DNA from: Rhynchobatus australiae
Taxonomy: Eukaryota
Assembly: GCA_034780895.1 (NCBI GenBank)
Contig: JAUZTB010000063.1
Coordinates: 20,998,500 to 21,055,628, forward strand
Reading direction: 5' to 3'
Length of the DNA: 57,129 nt
Shown here: positions 49,031 to 57,129 of the stretch, in pieces
Position numbering within the stretch: the first letter of the stretch is position 1
Layout of the letters: each line of letters begins with the position of its first letter
Position numbers and translations under genes: made by a program
Notes under the pieces: generated by a model
Databases searched by the model: none
What the model saw: the letters and a program-made list of their open reading frames with translations, nothing else
What the model was told of the DNA's origin: nothing

Positions 49031-50777
49031 CTGTATCCTGATTCAATTGACCCACAACTGATGATTGCATCCCCTTCCCAACACCAAACACTGGCAGCTA
49101 ATACCTGCCATAAACCCTCTACTTACCAATCTGATCCATGACCTTCCCTTTCATCCCTGTACTGGTGGAGTTATAAAAGCAAGGGTATACCTCATGCGAG
49201 GGCAGTTCAGCAGCAGACAAGGTTTTGCATCACCTGTGTGATTGAAGTTTCTATAACTGAACTCAAAACAAAACCTCTGGTGGATTGCTACACAGCAACC
49301 GTTTAACAAATCTTACAGTGACCAACTTAAGGAAAAAACATTCAATTTTATTCCAAATTCTACAGAAAGATAAATGAAAGATAATGGCTTGAAATTTCTG
49401 TTGAACAATAATGGTGAGGTTACAGGTGCAATAAAAACAAGGACATCATCTGAATCACACAAATGCACAGTTGAAAACACTGAAATCCAGAAGTCGTTCC
49501 CTGCTCCTCCATCTCACTGCCATCTCCAGTGTAATCAACAGAAATCACTGAACTGATGTGATCTCTAAGCACTTACAAACTGTTCTCAGTGTGAAAAAGG
49601 TGGCCTACTAAGACATTGGGCTAGAATGTCTAACCTAACTATCCCCAGAGTTATAGCTACACTACTTGTTAAACTCTCACCACTCCTGATGGAGTCTGAC
49701 AGTCTGGCCCAGCAGTGAGCCCTGCACTATGAAGGGTCTCACTGACAAGTGGGGGAGGCCACCTGAACAGCCCTCATACATGCTGCTGCCATCCACAAAA
49801 CAAAACTTCACAATAGCAATGCCTGACAGCTGAATTCAGGTATGTTGTTGTTACTGGGAATTATTGCCAATTTCTTTTAATAAATGACTGAGTCGATAAT
49901 GCCTCTGACAGACAGTGAGAGGGCAGCAGTGCGGACAACTGGGCCACTTCTGGACCTAAATCAGCATTGGTTTCTGCTCCCTTCCCCGGGTGCTTGCAAC
50001 ACACTTGGTGGTAATGGACATGGGGCAGAAGGATTACAAACCTGAAAGTAGGGTTTCTTTCAGTGAAAGAAATACTTTAACTAAAACTATAGTTTATATA
50101 TTTTTTCTCTTTATATTTAAAGAAAACAATCTTAAATAAAAGGTGATTAATGAGATATTTGAAAATAGTCTCATCAACAATTAAACATCAAGCAATGCAC
50201 TAGTTTTTCCCAAATTCCCAAATCATTGAAGAACACCTCACTTTGTCTTGGAGAATTCTATGGTTCTCGAGATGGAGTGAAACCCCTGAAACAAAGTGGA
50301 AGAGATTCTGTACAGTATTGTGTGCCGAAAGGAATTGATCTGCAGATCTGTGTAGAGTCACCCATTTATTATTTTGTTAACCCAAGTGAATATGACCATA
50401 ATTGTTGCTCTGGAGTGGAAAAGAACAGTAGCTACTGTGCAGTCTGATTTACTACAAACTAGGGCTCCCAGAAGATCTGACAGATCCTGTAATCATCCAC
50501 ACAGTTTTTTTCTCATTTGTTTACCATACTGCTTTTCTTGCCCTCTGCAGAGTCTTGTTGCTGTGGTCCATTCTGCCTCTTGGGTTCTCCCAGTACTGCT
50601 TTGTAGTCAGACTGTAGATTATTCAGGTTGGGAAAGGCTGTCCACTGTCTATATTTTTCTTCACTTCCTCTAAAAGCAGTGAGTCCCAGTTCAGCACTCA
50701 GCATGGCCAATGCAAAGTAGTCGTTGTGATGCAAAATGCATTAAATGTCCTAAAAATCCGAACAGCTTTAATATAAG

Positions 50778-51055
50778 GTGGGTGACACAGTGGTGCAGCT
50801 ATTAGAGCTGCTGCCTCATGGCTCCAGCAACCCAGGTTCAATCCTGACATATGGTGTCATCTGTGTGGAGCTTGCACATTCTTCCTCAGTAGTCCTAATG
50901 CAGGGTCCCGACTCGAAACATTGACTATCCATTTCCCTCTACTGATGCTGCTCAACCCTCTGAGTTCCTCCAGCAGTTTGTTTTTACTCCAGATTCCAGC
51001 ATCTATAATCTCTTGTGTCTCCCTCACTGGGTTGCCCCCAGGTACTCTGGTTTCT
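50778..51055 (+). mobile_element. HE1/V-SINE-like SINE interrupted by a Penelope pLTR (about 50889-51022)
   Basis: tRNA-like A box TGGTGCAGCT and B box GGTTCAATCC. The SINE core breaks at 50888 and resumes as CTGGGTTGCCCCCAGGTACTCTGGTTTC. Confidence 0.85.
50891..50926 (+). ncRNA. Minimal type-I hammerhead ribozyme motif (mutated copy)
   Basis: AGTC-CTAATGC-AGGGTCCCGACTC-GAAACATT-GACT: stem I AGTC/GACT, a CUGANGA-like core, a stem II hairpin and GAAA. Confidence 0.55.
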
Positions 51056-52289
51056 TATGGTTATTTCACATGATTAAGTTTATTGAATCTGTCTCAATTT
51101 GCATGAAAGGGTCCATTTTTTAAAAATTTCTCCTCGTAACCAATACTGTCCTTCCTGCTGTCATCACTAGAACACTACTACAGTCTCTCTGTGCCCAGAA
51201 CATCTACTTTAAAGTGAGGTAACCTAAAAAATTCAAAATTAAGCAATTACACAGATTACTCAAGATTTCTTTTAAGAATGTAACAGGAGAAAAAATAAAT
51301 CACTTTTTGAGGAATATCATTACCTGGAGCCATCAATAATTGGTAATATCTCACTATGTTTCAGCTGTAAAACAACCTATACTAATGTTANNNNNNNNNN
51401 NNNNNNNNNNNNNNNNNNNNNNNNNNNNNNNNNNNNNNNNNNNNNNNNNNNNNNNNNNNNNNNNNNNNNNNNNNNNNNNNNNNNNNNNNNNNNNNNNNNN
51501 NNNNNNNNNNNNNNNNNNNNNNNNNNNNNNNNNNNNNNNNNNNNNNNNNNNNNNNNNNNNNNNNNNNNNNNNNNNNNNNNNNNNNNNNNNNNNNNNNNNN
51601 NNNNNNNNNNNNNNNNNNNNNNNNNNNNNNNNNNNNNNNNNNNNNNNNNNNNNNNNNNNNNNNNNNNNNNNNNNNNNNNNNNNNNNNNNNNNNNNNNNNN
51701 NNNNNNNNNNNNNNNNNNNNNNNNNNNNNNNNNNNNNNNNNNNNNNNNNNNNNNNNNNNNNNNNNNNNNNNNNNNNNNNNNNNNNNNNNNNNNNNNNNNN
51801 NNNNNNNNNNNNNNNNNNNNNNNNNNNNNNNNNNNNNNNNNNNNNNNNNNNNNNNNNNNNNNNNNNNNNNNNNNNNNNNNNNNNNNNNNNNNNNNNNNNN
51901 NNNNNNNNNNNNNNNNNNNNNNNNNNNNNNNNNNNNNNNNNNNNNNNNNNNNNNNNNNNNNNNNNNNNNNNNNNNNNNNNNNNNNNNNNNNNNNNNNNNN
52001 NNNNNNNNNNNNNNNNNNNNNNNNNNNNNNNNNNNNNNNNNNNNNNNNNNNNNNNNNNNNNNNNNNNNNNNNNNNNNNNNNNNNNNNNNNNNNNNNNNNN
52101 NNNNNNNNNNNNNNNNNNNNNNNNNNNNNNNNNNNNNNNNNNNNNNNNNNNNNNNNNNNNNNNNNNNNNNNNNNNNNNNNNNNNNNNNNNNNNNNNNNNN
52201 NNNNNNNNNNNNNNNNNNNNNNNNNNNNNNNNNNNNNNNNNNNNNNNNNNNNNNNNNNNNNNNNATTGGGAGTCTCCATATTTCCTTAT

Positions 52290-52610
52290 GACATAGGAGG
52301 AAGACACTTCAGCCATCAGGCCTATGTGGCTCACACAGCAAGCCTACCTCCCCACTAAATTTCCACATAACCTATTCTACCACTCACCCACACACTAGGG
52401 GCAATTCACAGTGACTAACTAACCTACCAACCCACACAACTTTGAGATGTGGGAGGACACCGGAGTACCCTGGGGAACACACACGATCACAGAATGAATC
52501 CACACAGACAGCAATAGATGTCAGCAAAGGTAGGAGTCACATGACAGTCTTCACTGGAACTCTGTGGGCAGCCTTCCTTGAGGGCGGCAGCAACAACTGT
52601 TGCTTCACCA
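52290..52610 (-). mobile_element. HE1/V-SINE-like SINE
   Basis: CACTAGGGGCAATTCACAGTG...AACCTACCAACCC...TTTGAGATGTGGGAGGACACCGGAGTACCCTGGGG...CCACACAGACAGC. Confidence 0.8.
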
Positions 52611-53713
52611 CTGGTTGGGAATCCTCAGCCATATAATTACAATTTATATGAAATATGATATGATTATAGCTGTGACTTGCCTGATTTATATCTCATAAAG
52701 TTTCTGGGGAGAGATATGATTACAATTTGGCATAACTCAATAGTCTTTATGATTCTAAACTCTATCTGGGGTGAATCCCAAATCGCTCAATAAAATCATA
52801 TGAAAGGCCCAAGCAAAGCACTAGCCTTTCCATCCCTGAAGTGCATTTCCACCATGTTCTGTCTCCATTTTATATCCAGTGTTTGTTAGCTTTGGAACAT
52901 TGAGTTGGAGGAGTCTGTAAATCCTTCTCGGTCAGGAATGCAGCACAGGTCCCGGATCTGCTGATGCCCTTCATCAATTGCAGCTGGTTTGGAACGGGTT
53001 AAATTTTATAGATAGTTCGCAAAGTCAGAGATTTTAATGAGGATTTTGATTATTCATGGATTAAACAAAATGGATACCAAAAGGCAAATAACACTGAACT
53101 TTGAACCTAGCAATTAGAATATAAATTGAAGTTTTGATTGAGTCATTTTCAGGTTGGTAATTCACTTTCTATAATCCTCGATAATTTAGGCATATTCTCT
53201 AGCAATTAATTGTCCACTTCTTTCAAGGGACCACTTTTGTTTGTAATGGTGCTAAAGGGGCGAGGCATTCATCGTATTCTTCTAGTCCCTCCATCTCTAT
53301 CATATCTGCTCTGATGATGAGACCTTCCACACAATTGCCTTTCAAATGTCTTCCTTATTCCTTAACCATAGTTTCCTCTGTACCACAGCTGACATGGTCC
53401 TTAACTTTGTCTCATCCAGTCTGTTATCCTCCCCCTGACTAAGGAAGGATTAAGTGCCCTTTGTCCTCACCTTGAACTCCAGAAGCTCCACACCCAATGG
53501 ATAATCTTGTGCAATTTCCACCACCTTCAATGAGATTCCACTGCTTGACACATCTTCCCCTCTCCTTTCTGTATTCTGAAGGGAATGGTCCATTTGTGAC
53601 TCCCTTTTCCACAACCACTCCCCTTCTTAATCACTTTCACATGTAACTGCAGGAGATGCCACACCTGTCCTTTTACCTTATCCCCTTCCACCATGCAGGG
53701 ATCCAAATGGCCC

Positions 53714-54507
53714 TTGCTGATGACACTTCTGTTGCTGGTAGAATCTCAGATGGCGACGAGGAGGCGTACAGGAGTGAGATAGATCGGCTGGTTGAGTGGT
53801 ATCACAACAACAACCTTGCACTCAGCGTCAGCAAGACGAAGGAACTGATTGTGGACTTCAGGAAGGGGAAGTCGGGAGAATACACACCAGTCCTCAGTGA
53901 GGGATCAGCGGTGGAAAGGGTGAGCAGCTTCAAGTTCCTGGACATCAACATCTTGGAGGATCTATTCTGGGTCGAACACATTGATGCGATCATGAAGAAG
54001 GCATGCCAGTGGCTCTATTTCATTAGGAGTTTGAGGAGATTTGGTATGTCATCAAAGACTCTTACAAATTTTTATAGATGTTCAGTGGAGAGCATCCCCT
54101 CCTGGGATGGAGGCTCCAATGCGCAGGATCACAAGAGGCTGTAGAAGGTTATAGACTCAGCCAGCTCCATCATGGACACAACACTCCCCACCATTGAGGA
54201 CTGGTACTCAAGAAGGCAGCATCCATCACTAAGGACCCTCACCCTCCGGGACATGCCCTCTTCTGTTTACTACCATCGAGGAGGAAGTACAGGAGTCTGA
54301 AGACCTAGACTCAATGACTTCCACTACACCACAGGATTTCTGAATTGTCCATGAACCTACGAACTCTACTGTGTTATTCCATTTTTTGCACTATTTATTT
54401 ATTTTGTAATTTATAGTAGTTTTATGTCTTTACACTGTTCTGCTGCCACAAAACAATAAATTTCACAACATATAAGCCAGTTTTATTAAACCTGATTCTG
54501 ATTCTGA
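53714..54507 (+). mobile_element. Rex1/Babar-type LINE, 5'-truncated at the RT ADD motif
   Basis: ADDTSVAGRISDGDEEAYRSEIDRLVEWYHNNNLALSVSKTKELIVDFRK...LYFIRSLRRFGMSSKTLTNFYRCSVESI, then a 3' UTR ending in (ATTCTG)n. Confidence 0.9.
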
Positions 54508-54917
54508 AGCACCAGTTCACTTGCACTTCTTCCATTTTGGTGTACTGAATTCAGTGCTCATGATGTGGCCTTCTCCACAACGGAGGAATCAAATGCAGAT
54601 TGGGTGACCACTTTGCACAATGTCCACATTCAGTCATTCAGTATGGAGCTGCAACCCAGAGCTTCCAGTTGCTTGTCACCTTAGTTTGCATTCCATGCCC
54701 AGTCTGACTGTGGCCTCCTGCAAGATTGAGGAATAGTGCTTCACCTTTCTTCTGTACGCTTTGAACCCTTTGGGATTCATTATCAATTTCAGCAATTTCA
54801 CAGAACCTTCTGTCTCTGTCAGAACTGGCCAGTTCTTATGTAAGTTTATCAATCTGTAATATTACTAATATTATATTAATTATAATCCTCAGGATTATAA
54901 TCTGTAATATTATAATA

Positions 54918-55230
54918 GGGCAGGCATGGTAGTGTAGCAGTTAGTGCAAAGCTATTACAGCACCAGCGACCCGGTCTGTCTGTAAGGGGGTCACCGTCTG
55001 TAAGGGGTTTGTATGTTCTTCCTGTGTTTGCGTGGGTTTCCTCTGGGTGGTCCAGTTTTCTCCCACATTTCAAAGACATATGGGCTAGGAAGTTGTGGGC
55101 ATGCTACGTTAGTGCCGGAAGCGTGGCGACACTTGCAGGCTCCCCCCAAAGTACTCTATGAAAAAAGATGCATTTCACTGTGTGTTTTGATGTATGTGTG
55201 ACTAATAAAGAAATCTGATTTTATCTTATG
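54918..55230 (+). mobile_element. tRNA-derived SINE with a LINE-derived 3' tail
   Basis: Head GGCAGGCATGGTAGTGTAGCAGTTAG, core GCGTGGGTTTCCTCTGGGTGGTCCAGTTTTCTCCCACATT, tail CATTTCACTGTGTGTTTTGATGTATGTGTGACTAATAAA. Confidence 0.85.
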
Positions 55231-55514
55231 TTAACTTAGTTTTTTCTTTGTCCACACACACTGTCTGGTCTTCTGGGATTTTCTAGCATTCTCCTTTCGG
55301 TTTCAATTTTTTGCAACAACTCTGAGCTACACTTCACAGATTTTACATGTCCCTTTGTTTATCTTCCCTCTTTAATTTCCTTCGTTAATCCATCAATCAG
55401 GTGACTTCATAAACAAGGAAATCTGGCCTCACCTAATCAGAGATATTTCTTGTCCTGTCCAGCCCAACACCACCCTCTCTGCAAATTGAAAGTAAATTGT
55501 TTTCCTACTTTTCC

Positions 55515-55550
55515 AGTTCTGACAAAGGGTCTTCACCTGAAACATTAACT
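55515..55550 (+). ncRNA. Minimal type-I hammerhead ribozyme motif (two probable CpG-decay changes)
   Basis: AGTT-CTGACAA-AGGGTCTTCACCT-GAAACATT-AACT. Restoring two CpGs gives CTGACGA and GAAACGTT. Confidence 0.6.
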
Positions 55551-56859
55551 CTGTCTCCCTTCCACAGCTGCTGCCTGATCAGCTGAGTGTTTCCAGCATT
55601 TTCTGTTGTCATTCAGATTTCTGGCTTCTGTAGTCTTTTGATTTTCATTTCGCTTTAGCAGTACATTCAGAACATAACACTTCTCTTCACCAGAAAGTTG
55701 TATTCCATGTCTAGCCTTCACCATCTTTTGTCACTTCAGTTACCGAAATGAAATCACTTTTTCCCACTCACTAAATTTTAATATTAGCCCAGTCAGTTGC
55801 TGACTATGATGGTAGCAGTAGGTTAAACATAGTAGAATGGAAATGACCTGCTGATAATTATGTGCAAACCTGCTTAGAGTGCTTTTAGTTTGAAAATAGG
55901 AGCCCATTGCCTTGGGCTTGGAAAGGTGCAGAAGTATTTGCTGAACAACTGGGAACCTGAACTTTTGAACCATTTGGGCTCGATCACATTAGCAGTGACC
56001 ATTTAGCTCTCATGATTAAACTCCCGAGGATATCAAATGCAACTCCTTGTTCACATTCAAATGAAACAAATTATGTGTGGCTGCAGGAAGGATATCACGT
56101 GCAGTTCCATGTGCACCACTAATGGACTCCAGATGAACACATACCTGACCCAACATTCTATTCCACTTTGGAGCTGCTTCCCAATCATGTCCCTCCCTCA
56201 GATCCCTGACTAAAGAATATTTGCTTTGGAAAAAATATCTGAATAAAGCATAAAATCCAGACCATATTTTGGTCAAAGAATCAGACTGATATCAGATTGA
56301 TGTCAGACTGCACTTGGAGCTGGCTGTATAACTATAAATGGATTAATATTAGTAAATTATATCAGGCTGGTTATTTGCATTATCTATAATCAAGCATCAA
56401 TATGGAAACATTGTAAAGAAAATGAGCCTGATGTTACAAATTAAATTGCAAAGTATTTACAGAAACAGGTCAATGCTTGTCTCTATACTCTGCACACTTC
56501 CTGCCACTCGTTTTTATCTAAACCTTTTAATGAACTCTTCTATTCCTTTCTCCCTCACAGACTTCAACTACTCCTTGTGGTGGTAGCTTTGGTATAGTGG
56601 AAGGGCTTCTCCTGAACGTCTTATGGATTTAGTCGTGACAGTTTTGATGTTTATTATTCTTAGTTCTGGTCTGCCTTGCCAGTCAAGATATCAAGACGGA
56701 CTGCTTTTCTCAAAATTTCTATTTATAATTCTTATTCTGCCAAACCTAGCCACACGTAGGCGGGAGAATAAGAAGCATTGACATTAAGGAGGTAAATCAT
56801 GCCTGTCAGCAAAAAATTATCCCCATTGAGGGAAGATACTAAGGGACGATGAATGCATG

Positions 56860-57129
56860 GCTATCCATGGAAATTAAGGAGGGTGTTAAGTTGAAAGAGA
56901 AAACACTTTCCAGCATTTTGATTGGGTTTCATTATCAATTTCAGCAATTTCACAGAAGCTGTGTATTTGGTGTAATCTTCTAAAAATCCTTATTCACTGG
57001 TGAAGAACAAGAGAAATGGAGAACTGCCAGATTGACACCCTTAATCAAAAAGGGACTGAGGGAAAAGGCAGATAACTATAGGTCAGTAGCCTAACATCTG
57101 TAGTTGGAAAGGTGTTATAATCAATTTTT
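56860..57129 (+). mobile_element. CR1 ORF2 fragment running off the window end
   Basis: AATCAAAAAGGGACTGAGGGAAAAGGCAGATAACTATAGGTCAGTAGCCTAACATCTGTAGTTGGAAAG (KKG....NYR.VSLTSVVGK motif). Confidence 0.8.

Larger units (their letters stand above)
53240..55640 (+). mobile_element. Penelope-like element 3' half (RT thumb/linker, GIY-YIG endonuclease, tandem pLTRs), split by a LINE and a SINE
   Basis: ICSDDETFH at about 53303 and CNCRRCHTCPF at about 53642. After the LINE it continues KHQFTCTSSILVY*IQCS*CGLLHNGGIKCRLGDHFA (from about 54507). pLTRs lie at about 54825/55230-55310 and 55510-55640. Confidence 0.8.

Noticed and set aside
53656-54144. 162-aa ORF as a host gene
   Set aside because: It is a truncated LINE reverse transcriptase fragment fused by chance to an upstream ATG.

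Overview
Eukaryotic, AT-rich, repeat-dense genomic DNA from a gapped draft assembly. The repeat content (CR1, L2 and Rex/Babar-type LINE fragments, tRNA-headed HE1/V-SINE-like SINEs, Penelope-like elements, a Harbinger relic) points to a cartilaginous fish, probably a batoid; this is inference from remembered repeat families. Only one host coding exon is convincing: the minus-strand signal-peptide exon of a class-3 semaphorin (8809-8947, MAKLFLLMILGIFLEYNKVFGLRQTLPRVYLTSK), most similar to SEMA3C. Its next coding exon was not found in the window. Three upstream first-exon candidates lie at about 21.7, 24.4 and 28.5 kb; the 24.4 and 28.5 kb candidates would add an in-frame N-terminal extension. 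The most notable non-genic signals are: (i) at least eight copies of a minimal Penelope-type hammerhead ribozyme with stem-I covariation, some in short palindromic non-autonomous elements; (ii) a 1.3-kb insert in a CR1 bounded by a 24-bp duplication, possibly a transduction; (iii) inverted repeat arms enclosing a CpG-retaining core with a candidate ATG|GT exon; (iv) a 28S rRNA peptidyl-transferase-region fragment; (v) a decayed two-gene Harbinger transposon. No CRISPR array or prokaryotic system is present. Most listed ORFs are spurious or transposon-derived. Repeat boundaries are approximate because they were read by eye.
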